Source of the DNA: Lama guanicoe
Lineage: Eukaryota
DNA length: 64,000 nucleotides
Direction of reading: 5' to 3'
Assembly: GCA_013239625.1 (NCBI GenBank)
Contig: MU053810.1
Coordinates: 6,606,122 to 6,670,121 of the forward strand
Within the stretch, counting starts at the first letter, position 1; each line of letters opens with the position of its first letter. This document shows positions 13,945 through 26,779 of this stretch, one piece after another. A program made the translations under genes and the position numbers. Below the pieces are notes generated by a model, which saw nothing but the letters and a program-made list of their open reading frames with translations, was not told where the DNA came from and made no database searches.

Positions 13945-14603
13945 TTTTTTTTTGCCAGTTTGTTTTATGGACGCCCAGATGCTCAGGCCTTGACCGCGTA
14001 CTTCGGCAGTGGGTACAGCCTTTCCTTTCGCTGCTGCTTCTTGGTCTTCAGCTTCTCTTCGAGCTTGCTGAGCCGGCGGCGCAGATACAGGGGTTTGTAC
14101 TTCTTGCCCTTATGGAACTTCCTGATTTAGCGACGCACAGCTGGGAAAGCTCCACCTTCGGGTCCTCCAGTTGTTACAGCAGCTCCTCCTTCTTCTTGCC
14201 CCAAAGGTCTCGAGCCTTCATCTTGGCCTGCGCGCAATAAGGGATCTGGATCCAACAGCCGGCGAGGCCACCTCCCCCTCCGCCGCTCACCAAGGCCTCC
14301 ACCGGTGTCACGAGCGCGCTGGAGGCCCAGCACTGAAGTGCCTGTGACGGGACAACCCAGGCCACGCAGGCGCATCCTCGCCCAGGCCTGCTGCCCGCGA
14401 GGCCGCCAGCCCCACTGAGCAGACGGGAAAACGAAAGCCCTGGCAGCACGCGAGCGCCTCTCCCAGCCCAGCCCGGCGAGGGGAGAAGGCGGGAGGGCGG
14501 CTGGGACGGCAGAGGGGACCTCAGGGCTCGCCCCTCGCTGCCCACCCCAGCCCCGGAGGCCCACAGCGCGCGGATGGTGCCCGATTCCCCGGCCCTCACC
14601 ATC
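13945..14603 (-). pseudogene. RPL35: Semi-processed retropseudogene of 60S ribosomal protein L35 (uL29), retaining intron 1
   Basis: Minus strand reads ATG|GTGAGG...372 nt...CAG|GCC AAG ATG AAG GCT CGA GAC ([33 protein letters not shown]...[12 protein letters not shown]...[22 protein letters not shown]). Premature TAA at 14174-14176, native TGA at 13983-13985, CATAAA signal, poly(A) at 13945-13953, TSD aaaaccta at 13937-13944 and 14604-14611. Confidence 0.95.
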
Positions 14604-15789
14604 AAAACCTAATGCTCTTGAGAGTAGATTCAGTGGATATTCTGCTGCAGCCCTGTCCTGTCTGAGTTGTAGGGGTGACTACTGTTTGTTGTGTAAGTTT
14701 TTCTATCCAATAAATCTAGATCAGACTTCAAAAAATTAAAAATCCAAGCCAAAGGGAGAATGGTAAGCAAGCAGAACTTTTTTCTTTCCGTAAATAGCAC
14801 GGAGGACTTTTTTTTTTTTTTCCAAAAAGATTTTTAAAGGTCAAAGAACTGACCGTACTAGGGAAAGTAGGTCATTGTGGTTCAAATGGCCACATCACTG
14901 GACAATTCAGTAACAGCATCCAAAGCAGCCTGGACTCAGAAGGGTGCAGCAGCCTCTACAGGCAGGACAAGCTGGGTCTGCTGTCCCCACTTCTGTGCAG
15001 AAGTGTCAGCTCATAAAAGTCGCAATGAAGTGAAGGAAGACACTGTGGAAATAAATATCTGGGGATTTTACCACCCATGCATTTAGATGCTAAGAAAGTG
15101 ATTCAGCAGAATCCTTTGCAGCCCAGCCCCATGGCTTCCCTGGTTGTTTTGACCACCTGTTTATTCACTTAAAAAGCAACCTTGTAACCAATATTTTCTG
15201 GGACAGTCTTGACTTGGAAAGATTCGTCCCATATCTTGGACATATGCTAGAGAAACTATGGTTACTACATGTGCACTAGCCCAGTATGTGTTCAAACCCA
15301 GACTCACTCCCTGTCCTACCTGGTCCAGGTGGCCAGTCACCCTCACTCCCCCGAGGACACCGATTTCCAACCACCCATTAAAACTGGCAGGCTCCATGCC
15401 CCATGGGCATCCCAAGGATATTTTATCCAGAATGACAAACTCAGCTTGTGTTATGGCCTATTAAGTCTCACAAATCAGCAAACTACTGTTCTTAACTATA
15501 TGCACCTTTAGGTTAATCTGAGCACACTGTCTTATCTTCTCAGAACAATACGAATCCAACTCTAAAATCATTAATGGATAATGTAGACCTTTAATGAAGT
15601 CACAGGAAGGGGCTCACACTGTGATTTACACAGCAATACTTCCTACACTGACCTCTCTTAATTACCTCTCTTCTTTCCCCAAGTTTCCCCATAATGGCAG
15701 CTGCTGCCACATCTCCCCGACTCCCTCTCCGTTCTTACCATCCTGCAGCTGCCCTCCAGTCAGATTAGCTCTCAGTCTCCTGCCCTGCT

Positions 15790-16320
15790 CCTACCTCCCA
15801 CCCCCTCAATTGCCTTTTCGCATTCCAATGTTAACTCCTTAAAACTCTTCAGTGGCCACTTACTGCCCTCGGTAGAGACCAAACTCCATTGTATGGCCTG
15901 CTAGGCGGTGCAAGCACCAGCCCCGGCTCCTTAGCCCCTCTTTTGCCTTCTTGAACTCTTTGCCCCCGCCATTCTGTAGGGTGGTAGGAACTGCCCCTGG
16001 TCAGCCACACTCTCTTCCATTTGGGCAATGGCTCGCACTGTCCTTTTCATCTGAAAAGCCCTCCCCTTCTTCCCTGTGGTTAATTCCTACTGGTCCCTCA
16101 GGGTGCAACCTAAACATCTGCTCCTGGAAGCCTTCCTTATAAGCACCAAGACCGCATTAGATGGTCTTATGGTAGTTTATCCATATCACAACTGTCCTCT
16201 AAGTGGGTGTGTGAAGAGCAACTTGAATATACAGCTTGAGGACAGAGTTGTATCACTGCATGCATGCACACAGGACCTAAATTATAGCATGCACTTGGTG
16301 ATGCTGAATTACTGCAAGAG
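15790..16320. mobile_element. Diverged L2 fragment
   Basis: ctccttaaaactcttcagtggccacttactgccctc...ccaaactcc...ctcctggaagccttccttataagcacc...agcatgcacttggtgatgctgaat are L2-like motifs. Confidence 0.55.
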
Positions 16321-19300
16321 TGAAAGTTCCAAAGGGCGCCCCTATGTCCCTGCCTAGCATCTGTGTCCTTGGTGGAGAACGGAGCCCGTCAGCCTTGGTA
16401 GCAGCAGTTACCACAGAATCCACCCTCTCCTTCCCTTCCAGTCCAAACCCAGCCAATTCTACTTTACTCCCTGGAACGCATCCTCATCTCGGCAGACCTG
16501 ACACCACTGCAAATCAGGCCTCTACATCCCCGGTGTCAGCTAGTCCAACAAGCTCCTAACTGGTCTCTCCATTTCCAATTTCTTCAGTTCCTGACATTTT
16601 CAGCCCTGCTTTCAGTTTTCCAAAAAGTTAAAACATCAATTACCTTGTCATTCTCCTAATTTGAAATACGCAATAATACCCTCACCCCAGACTCTCCCAA
16701 TGACCTACCGTCGTATTTGAGTTAAGCCAACTCAGTCTCTGCCATTCAGTCTCTAAACGTCACTCCAAAACCCTTATGTCCCCATCACATTTGTGGCGTG
16801 GATGTCACTTGTTTTGCTTCTGTTGTTGCTTTTGTGAAAACTGCCCTTCTCTCTGCCTCCACTTTTATGCATCTTTTAAAAACAACCGTAAATCCCACCT
16901 TCCTTGTTTAAATTCCATCCCCTCTTAAGTAAGTCAACCTTACTTAACACTTTCTCCATTTGATTTTTTTCTCTTCTCCACGCTTTCCTAGCTCAATTTC
17001 CATAACTGTTTAGAGCACTTAACACACTGGGTTGGAGTTGTTCCTATCCATGCAAAACCAACTGAGGTCTTTATCATATCAATACACTAGTTCCAAGCAA
17101 CATACCTGAAAGTCATTTTTAGGTTAAATGGTTTTGAAGATTATTCACCCTTGTGAAAGATAAATTGGAGACGCCGACCATCACATACGTGCAAAAACAA
17201 ACTCTGAAAAAACCCACAGAACATTTATACGAATTGCACAGGCCAGCTTTCAATTTTGCCTTATTATAAATATGGACTTTGTTTACTTCTTCACATGCCT
17301 CTCGGACTGGGTAGTAAGTTATTTGAAGCTGGACTGTGTGTAACTCATCTGGTGTCTTGGGCGGCACCTGAAGGAAATGACTAATGCTATTAACATTCTC
17401 GGCCTTCATAGGGATTAGGGACCACTAGCAGGGGACGCTAGCCTGACCATCACATACAGTTCCAACGTTTAAGAACAAGAAGCTCTACCTTTATCTGGAA
17501 CACCCAGTGCCACAAATAGGTGAGTCCTTGATGCTTCATGAAAGACAGGAGGATGAAGTGAACTACTGTTAACACCTGGCCAAATACCTGCAGAGTCTAA
17601 GCTTGTAAGAGAATATTCATAATTGATAGCCACTTTTGGCTATAAATTTTACTCTAAGCCTCTAAATATCTTGAAATAATATCAGCTAAAGATGTTTTCC
17701 TTCTTACCCTAAGGTATATCCAGAGGGGAGTGACTGTCGTGAAGGCACGCAACCAAGCTCTAGAGGAATGTTTATTTAGCTAGAAGAAAGTAAATCCCAG
17801 TGCCATGAAATCTGAAGAAATATCATGCAGAAGAAAGAGAGAGAAAAAATGTTCCCCTTTGTTATTTAAGAAGGTGAAAGTAGAATCAATATGTGAACAA
17901 CATTACACAGTAGCAGAGAAATCCATGTGAGACAGAGTGTGTGTGTGTGTGTGCAAGCAAGCGAGAGATTTGGGGTGGGAGATGGGGAAAAAGAGACAAA
18001 GAAAGAAATTGAGGAGATAGGAAAATAGAAAGAGATGAGAAAAATAGTCCTAATTTTCAGACTTTCTGCACAGGAATTTATAAAAGTGATTCCTCCAGTT
18101 AGTAAGAGATCACACTGGATGACATTTAACGTCCTTCCCAATGCCCAGTTCCACGATTCCATGTCTGGATGCTCATTCTATTCAGAAGGGAATGAAATGA
18201 TTGGCAGAAATAATGACTCAGCTCCAAATGTAATCTTAACAGCTATTTTTTGTCATAGCTGTTCAACCTCCAGCTTCTCAAAAAAATACCAAAAACAAAA
18301 CACATACACAAAAAAAAAACCCAATGGAAGCACCCAGACAATAAGTCTCCTTGAGTGTCCTTCCATCAAACAGCAGCAATGTTCTGTGCTGCACCACAGA
18401 CCTGAGTCTGAGATTTTTCTTCAGCAGTCACTGCAGAATACGTCGGCTGACTGCTCTACACACTTAACTTAAACTCATTTAAACACACGTGTCACAATCT
18501 GGGTCCTGCATACAGGCCGGATTCGCATCATCTTCTGTGTTGTCTGCCTATATTTTCAGATCCCGTTGCACCGCTGTCTGCATCTGGTATTAGGCAAACA
18601 GCTTGATTTAAGTATCTGTTTATGGTGCAGAGAAACATTCTCTAGAATGTGAATTGAGGGTGACTTCACCAGCCTGGAGAAGGAGAGTTTCAGTGCAGTA
18701 CAAGTGATAGATTACTCCTGGAAAATAAATCATGGCGTGGAGATTAGTAACCTAATCGGTTTGGCATGTGCTGGGAGTTTCCTTGTGGGATAATCCTACA
18801 ACCCCAGGAGCATCCACAGAAAATGACAACGCATTTCCACACGGAGGCACTGGGCATGTCATGGGACTGTATCTGAATATCGTATGGTAGATCCATAGTC
18901 CTCCCACAACCTTCTTGTTCCTAGCCCATTGGCTTCTATGAAACATTGACATTATTTTCCTCTTTGTTAAAAAGTGTGGAGGTCAGAAACCATTAGCTCA
19001 TAAAATAAACCCCATGAATCTAGACATCCAAATCTATCTATCTATTTACTGTTATTTAGAGCAGAAGAACAGGCAGTTTTTAAGAAGACTGTAATTCTGA
19101 TATTATAGAATGGTCTATGGTTGACGTGGGACGTAGGAATCCACAACACGTTAGCACTCCCGGATTTATCAGAGCCAACAGGCCTGCCTGCCATTCCCCA
19201 GTGAGCCAAGGCTTAATCTTTCTAAAATAGGCCTGAGTCACTACTTTCATCTTCCATCAGCCACAGTGGATTGGCTCCCAAGGTCATTTTTCTGTAGCAG

Positions 19301-19769
19301 TAAATGTACTAATGGGTGAGGCAAGACTCCTCCTGAGCTGAGGGCCCATTGGACCGCCAGGTGCATGTAACAGACACGGACTGTGCATGAGGACAGTTAG
19401 GGAACAAGCGCTGGATGCTTTTATCACACAGCCAGGGCTGTTTGATCCATGTAACTCATGTCAGCATGTAACAGTGATACTTTCCTTATGGACGCTTCCT
19501 TTGGATTACTGTTCAACTTTGAACGAAGTTGAGTTCTTCCTGAACAAGGTCCTTCCTGGAGAAGGGTCAAGGCCATTTTCTAGGCAGAGATTCTCTCTGA
19601 TTTACAGTGCAGTTGTTTGTTTGTTTTTTTTTTTATAATATAGAGTTGTGCATACAAGTGGGTGTTTCAGCCTTCCCTTCTCCCAAGTTAACCAAAATCA
19701 GCCCTTCTTTCTCTCAGGTTAACCAGAGTGGCTGTCCAGAGTCTCTTCTCCCAGTTGCTTCATTAAATA

Positions 19770-20025
19770 TAATCACAGCAGACACTTACACAGCACGTAC
19801 TTTGTGCTAGGCATTGTTCTAGGCATTCCACACACATGCCTTCATTTAATATTCATGAGTCCCTATGGAGCAGGTACTATGTTAATCCTCATTTTACAGA
19901 TAATGAAATAGAGAGACTGAGATTTGGTGATTTGCCCCCAAAAGCAGACAGCTGGTGAGTGGCAGAGCCAGGCATCAAACTAGACAAGCAGGCTTTAGAA
20001 TCTACTTCTTTGTGACTGTACCACA
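19770..20025 (-). mobile_element. MIR SINE
   Basis: tactttgtgctaggcattgttctaggca...tcatttaat...ccctatggagcaggtactatg...cctcattttacagataatgaaat...gctggtgagtggcagagccagg. Confidence 0.85.
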
Positions 20026-20047
20026 TTCTCCACCACCGATTTATTGG

Positions 20048-20588
20048 CGACAAAGATTCTCTCCTTGATCAAACCCTCACCAGGCTCCTCTGAGCTCTCT
20101 CCTCAACGAGGCCTCAGCTTTGGCCAATGAAAACGAACAACATCAACCTCTGATGCAGTTGCCAACAGCTGCAGGCTGCCCCCTAGGATGACCTAGTGCC
20201 CTGAAAGTGCCCACCTGAGAAAACTCAAGGCTTCCCAATGAATTGACTGTTCCAGAAACTCCTGAGGACAAGACCCCGTCTCCCAGTCTCTGTGGGAGGG
20301 TTTCGACCCTACCTTCAATGGCACCAGGGAGCAAACCCAGAAGGCTTTTGTTTGGACCAGCCCCGCTCCCTTCTGCTTTCTGTGATTTTTCACTTCTCTG
20401 ACTCTCCTGAGCCCCTGCTCCCCCAGCCGCCTACTCCCTCATTCTCCCCAAGTGATGTCCAGTCCCCTCTGTACAAGTCAAGGTTGAGTTCAGTTCATGG
20501 TAGGGTCTTGCCCTTTTTACATTTATTATTGCTTATCAAAATCTGTCCTATGACTTTAACTAGTGTCCAGCTTTCTGGATCTTTGACA
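20048..20588 (+). mobile_element. ERV1 solo LTR (MER31-like)
   Basis: Starts (t/c)gacaaagattctctccttgatcaaac...caggctcctctgagc, ends ...aaaatctgtcctatgactttaactagtgtccag...tctttgaca; resembles the MER31 consensus. Confidence 0.7.
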
Positions 20589-21461
20589 GTGGTCTGTATG
20601 AGTCTTCATTCAATTTCAATTCCCTTGCTTCTCCTTGGGGGCCAAACCCAATCCAGTTAAGCCCCCAGCACCTGCACCCTATCCACGTTGTTTTAAACAC
20701 TAGGCTGGGGTCTTATGCGCCAGATGGGCGGTATGTCTGAGCTCTTGCTTCCCTGGCCTGAGACACACAGACGAGGGTGTTTTCTTTCTGTTTCCCTAGA
20801 CTGAAATTTGGCTTCATCTCATAAACGCCATCTTTCTTTATACTTTATGGTTTGGGGTCCTAACTGTCTCCTAGATGAAATTTACATTTTATGTTCAATG
20901 TCTGTGATTTTTAGAATGATTTAGAAGAGGGAAGAGAGGCAACACCATTTTTAGTCTGCCATTTTTAAAGTGAAAATAAGAATTAATTTTAAAGATAAGT
21001 TCACTAATGATATAGATCAAATCTGAAAACTCAGTAGCCTTGGGTTTATTGAAATCACGATGTTGGCCAGTAATACCAAATCTTATATGCATCAAACAGG
21101 ACTTAATCATCTTCCTCAGTGACCACGTGCAGATCAAGTGGTGCAATGTATAAGAGCCTGAATATTTAAAATGTGTTCCATGGACAATATCATTAATGTT
21201 TGCAACGGGAGAATCTTTTTCAGCTGGAACTGCTTGCAGGCCATCACTCTTCCCACAGTGAAGGGTATAAAATGACCTATCACAGAAAATGAACTGAACT
21301 GGAGAAAAAGCAGCTTTCAGCTCCACACAACTCTCCTCAGAATCAACTCTTAAAGGAAGGAAGACAAAAGTTTTCAAAACATCCTGGGGTTAAAGAAAGC
21401 AACTTTACTAATTAATTCTCTGGGATTTGTCCCGGGGTAAGACCTGTGATCCCAATTAAAT

Positions 21462-21672
21462 ATACTGTATTATAAAGACTGCATGGTATAAACAACAAGG
21501 TGCCACTGTACAGCACAGGGAACTATATTCAATATCTTGTAATAGCCTATAATGGAAAAGAATCTGAAAAGGAATACACACACACACACACACATATAAA
21601 ACACTGAATCACTATGCTGTGCTCGAGAAAATAACACAACATTGCAAACCAACTATACTTCAATTAAAAAAC
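21462..21672 (+). mobile_element. L1 3'-end fragment with internal (CA)n
   Basis: ataaacaacaagg...ctgtacagcacagggaactatattcaatatcttgtaatagcctataatggaaaagaatctgaaaa...actgaatcactatgctgt...aactatacttcaattaaaaa. Confidence 0.9.
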
Positions 21673-24600
21673 AAGGCTGTATGGGGCACATAGATAAGTA
21701 TTGAGACTAAGAAAAACCAAATAGAATCAAAATTTTGGCTCTCTAAGCACCAGAAACATAGGGGGAAAAACTTACTAATTTAGTGACACGAAAGCAAGCT
21801 GCTGCTCTGAGTGTGCCAGATTTCACATGTGAAATTTTTCTGCTTATAAACTTACCAGTTCATTTTTTACCCGTTCACTCATGTATTCATCAGATAGGGT
21901 TTTTTGTGCTAAGCCTAGTAGGTTATTATCAATGAATAGAGCAGAGGAAAATTTTCACTCAAATCAACTTCTCCTAACAGAATATGGACGTCTAGACTTA
22001 AAATCAACCTTAATTCTCCAAACTAGTCTCTGAGGAATAACACAATATGCCTATGTTTTAGTTAAACATTTTATAAAATCAGTAATCAATTTGTTTTTTA
22101 GATGTAACATTAAGAGGAGGGATGGTGTCCTGTGTCCTTTTCCCCCAACTGTCACCTAGTATCATCGTGTACATAGTAGACCCTAATGAATATTTGTAAA
22201 AGAAAAAAGGATGTGTGTATGTATATACACATATCTTATATGGAATATCTCATAGGAAAACAATAGTTTATCTCACTGCATATCAATTATATTCATTTGA
22301 AGGAGGAATTTCTATGTAGGAGATATTGCTATGATAAATCATAGTTGTATTAGCAAAAAAGCAAATAGTTTATCTAGAAGGCTGGGGAGGTAATTCATCT
22401 ATATAGGTGTCAGGGTGACAAAAATCCATTTTTTTGCAAATTGGTTATTTGTCGTTTTCAAGGAAACCAAATATTTTCTTATTTTCCCAGAGACTGGACA
22501 CTAAACTTCCTTCCATAAATGCTTTGGATCTATGAAAGTACTCATTAGTTCAAAGGGCCAGAATTCTTTGAAAATTAGTTCAAAGAGTCTTGCCTTTGGG
22601 CAAGGTGACAGAACACAGTTACTTGCTCCAATGCCCTTCGTATCACGTGTCGGCTAGCAACAGCACTGCGTGAGCCTCGTCTTGCTTTAGCTGGGGGAGT
22701 TGTTGTAGCTTGTTACGGTGACCTGTAATTTCTAACGATAGCTTCTGGTCTCTGGGTTCAAATTTTTCATAATCAGAGATAATCAGTTGGTCACTGGCCA
22801 TCCAAACAAATGACTCAGCTTTTTTGAGGTCAGTCACCCACCCATGGCCTGACTGGTTAAAACATATTATAAAATATGGACCCTTTGCCTGGGCTGGGGC
22901 TTTGGCTGGGGTGTGGGGACAGACAAGTTGGCATGAGGTGGTGTCTTTCAGCTTTGCTGACCACACCAGCAATGACTGGAACTCTTAGAAGTCAAACTCC
23001 CTTTCCTCCAAGTCCATGTGTCTCAGAAAGTAAAACCTGAGTATTGAATCCATACTGGAAATGAGGCCCCTCCTGCTCCTGCAATTTGCCATTTCAACAG
23101 TCAACAGTTACTGCTTCACAGAGGAGGGAGGGACTGGGTTGCATAACGTGGCATCCCTCTGGACCAAACGATTTTGTTTGACTAAAACAGACCTGCAGGT
23201 ATTCTCCGGGAAGGGCTCAGAAATCAGTGCAGCCAAAAGGCAGGAGGTAATGCCTCTTTAAGAAGACCAACCTGATGGAGAGGGTGTAGAGCCTGGCCCA
23301 GTCAGGTCATTCAATGCCACAAAGTTGGTCCTCCCCTAACAGTGCACCACGGACAGTCTCCTTTCACTGAGGAAAAACCCTGTTGTCTCAGGACCTGGCC
23401 TTGCTCTCTGGAAGCACCGAGAAGCAGCAGAAACCATGAGGGGGGTCAGGATCCACTGCCACCCACTCCCTAGCAGAGACCCAAGGAAGAAAGGAACCAG
23501 GCTGGTCTTTAAAAAAAAAAAAAAATGAAAAGAGGCGGTTCTTGTCCTGCCAACCACACGTGAATTCATGTGATTCAGATTTACAGGATTTTAGGATTTA
23601 ATCCACAGATTGGAGAATAAAGCTCGTTCACATTGGCTCACTGACATTGAGCGTAAGAACTGGGAAGAAGAATTCGTGCTCTGCTGTGGGTCACCTGCGG
23701 CCACCTCCAGAGGCTGGAATGGCAGGCACCTTGGGAACTCCACTGGCCATGAAAGTGGCACAGAGTCCTAGGCCAATTGTAAGCACGAGGACCACATTTT
23801 AAATGTTCCGATTTGGAGCTCTGAGTAGGCGCTTACTGAATACTCGCAAATGTGACTGGTGTAGCCACTGGCGATGAGACAGCACTCCCTTCCCAGCCAG
23901 GCAGCGGCTGTCTGTTTTTCACGGACTGGTTGTCAGGATCTGTTCTGTGATAGACACAGCCTCACAATATCTGGCGCTAAGACTTGACTTGAAACCAAAT
24001 GGAAAAGAACCGAACAGGTGGGAAACATCCAGGTGTTTCTGGAGTTACACTGGTATTGCCTTTGTGCTCATTAGAGAGAAGGAAATTTGAGATTAAACAG
24101 TAAGTTGTTCACAAAAAGGTCAGACACTGCGAACAGAAACAGGAGGAGCAGCTTGCTAAAATTAATCCAACCCAAGGAATATAAATAGACTTTACAAATC
24201 ACACACAGGAGCTCTACAGAGCATGCGGGAATATAGTAGTGTAACTTTTATGGGTAGTTTAAATTGTTTAATTAGTATAAATCTTCCTTTAAGATGAAAT
24301 GCATCCAAGGATAAACAGATGGCTGTTAAGTAAGCATGTTCAATAAACTGGCTTACTACTCTTTAATGTTAGCCATGAAGCAGAATGCCTGCTTGATTAA
24401 TTAACCCAGTTGTTTTTATCCATTATGTAATAAATGACAGTGATTCTGAAAACATCCAGTTCATGCACTGCAGCTGGCCTTTCATGGCATTGATGTTCAC
24501 TGTTAATCTACAGTCTCTTACAGGCAAATGTAATCATCCTTTATTATGCAGACATTAAGTGTACAGACCCACCGGATCAGAAATGGCTTCCTTCAAAATG

Positions 24601-25188
24601 CAATGTTAGGAATGCACACACATAAGCTCGAGTTGAAAATTAAAAACAACAATTCTTTCATGAGACAAAGCATCTACATGAGCAACTAACTGAAATAAAA
24701 CTGCAAAAACATAAGCCCTGACGTCTCTGGCTCCTCCTTCATCAGGTCAGTCACCTGATCTCCAGTTCATGCCTCCCTCTCCTGCCTAAGAGGCACCAGT
24801 GAAGGCAGCAGGTCTTGGGAGCGTAAGAAAGAAGGACGCACACTGGGAGAGCAGAGGAAGTGGGTGACCTGAACAGAGAATGAGATGCCCAAGATAGGAA
24901 AGGAAGAGACTTCTCATCGCAATGATCGTCAAGATGGACCACGGAGCTTGGAAATAATGCCATACAGCACAGCAAAAAATATATGGGTTACAGAGTAGGA
25001 AGATATTTTCTGATGAAGTTAGTTTTCCAGAATATAAATTACTTCTTTAAGGAAAATTAGGGAAGACGAGACCCAGAGTTAGAGGGTATTCCGATCTTAT
25101 AAGGAAGGGCACAGACCAATGGCCAAAGATATTCTTCCTCATTTTGATTGTAGCATGGTCTAAATAAGTAATAAAAAATTAAGACATA

Positions 25189-25295
25189 TGGGGAAGGGTA
25201 TAGCTCAGAGTTACAGTGCATGCCTAGCATGCGCAAGGTCCTGGGTTCAATTCCCAGAACCTCCACTGAACGAATAAAACCTAACTACACCCCCC
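25189..25295 (+). mobile_element. Vic-1-type SINE
   Basis: ggggaagggtatagctcagag...gcatgcctagcatgcgcaaggtcctgggttcaattcccag; near-TSD aaattaagacata (25176-25188) and aaattaaggcata (25296-25308). Confidence 0.9.
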
Positions 25296-26779
25296 AAATT
25301 AAGGCATAAAAGTGAATGAAATAAAACATCTTGATAAACATAATAAATAATTAAAAAGAAAGAAAGTAGAACATGATTTAGTAGAAATGGCAACACTAAT
25401 TTCATATAAGTGGGGATTACGTTTAGGGGGATTAACAGTGTTTAGGTAGGTGATTCTCTTCAGGGGTAACAGAGAAATGACCCAGGAGCACCTTCACCCG
25501 AGCTCACAGAATATAGTTCTCTACATTATGTGAGCAAGAACAGCCAGTACTTTGGCAACTTGTGTTGTATTGGTTGATAAACTTGCTTTTGGGGTCCTTG
25601 AAACATTATCAAATGCCAGTGCCATTTAGAGATGTAAATAAATAAAAAAACGCTGGATGGATGAATGTTTATCTAGGAATGATAATGCTCCATCATGTCC
25701 GAGAAACTGAAGCCTGTGGCACCAGCAAACTAGCATCCTCTCTTCTGTATGATCTACTCGGTGCAGAATCAGGAAATGGGCTTTAAAATAATCCATTTGA
25801 ATTACAAAATGCAAAAAAAAAAAGTTCACTCATCTTATACTTGTTTATTCTAATTCATCAGACCTTGAATTCACGAAGCTGTCCATAGACAGCACCACAA
25901 AGCATTTCCCCCTTACATCAGCTATGCCAACTACAGAAAGGAGAGAGAAATAAACCACAAGCATATCATCAAATAATCAAAGAGCAAGTTGTCCTGCTTT
26001 CCCAATTTCATTAAATCTAGAGATCTCTAAGGCTGATGATGCTGAACGGACACAAACTATAGACTCATAGAACTAGAAAGACTTTACAAACTGTCTTACA
26101 AAATGATCACCTTTCACAGATGAAGACACAGATTCCCCCCAAAGGTGAAGGGCCTTGTACAACATCACACAATAATTTAACAGCAACCAACGCAAGATTT
26201 CTAGTCTTCTGACTGCCAGGTCACCCTATTACCACTACAAAACATCGTTTTTCAGTGAGAAATGTCTAATTTAATGTTTCCTTTATGTATCTGGTCACAG
26301 AATGTCCCCACTGACCATAGCAAAGGAAGCTGGTGGCAGTTAAAATAAATAGCACATTCTCTAAAGATGTTATCTTTCTGTGCAATGCATTTTTATCTAA
26401 TCTGACAGGTCATTTTTCACCTTGTGCATAAAACATATCTTAGGATTAATTCTTAAAAAAACCTTGAAAGTCATCATTTTCCAGCATGACCTGTGCCACC
26501 AAAATCCTGATATGTATATTTTAAGTAATATTTTACAGAAGGGTAGTGACTTTTTCCAGCTAAAACCACAGGCTTTTCACAGATAACAATGTTGGTTAAA
26601 TGGGATTTTTATAGTCTGGCATAAGAGACTCCGACACATTTAGGTTGTAAAAGCTAAAACACAGCCAGGTAGTAAATCAAACCACATCTCAAAAAAATCT
26701 AGATACATTTTTTAAGACAGAAGTAAAAATAAAATATATATAAGAATAGCTAATGTTTATTAAGCTTACATCCTGCACA

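Noticed and set aside
13662..14240. 192-aa plus-strand ORF
   Set aside because: Antisense read-through across the RPL35 retrocopy and flank, starting at a non-ATG codon; no recognisable protein
14127..14605. 143-145-aa GC-rich minus-strand ORFs as a novel N-terminally extended RPL35
   Set aside because: They are translations of the retained intron; the in-frame one stops at the TAA at 14174-14176 after only 17 RPL35 codons
20895..21377. 160-aa minus-strand ORF
   Set aside because: Non-ATG start, no recognisable domain or clear splice boundaries; compatible with chance
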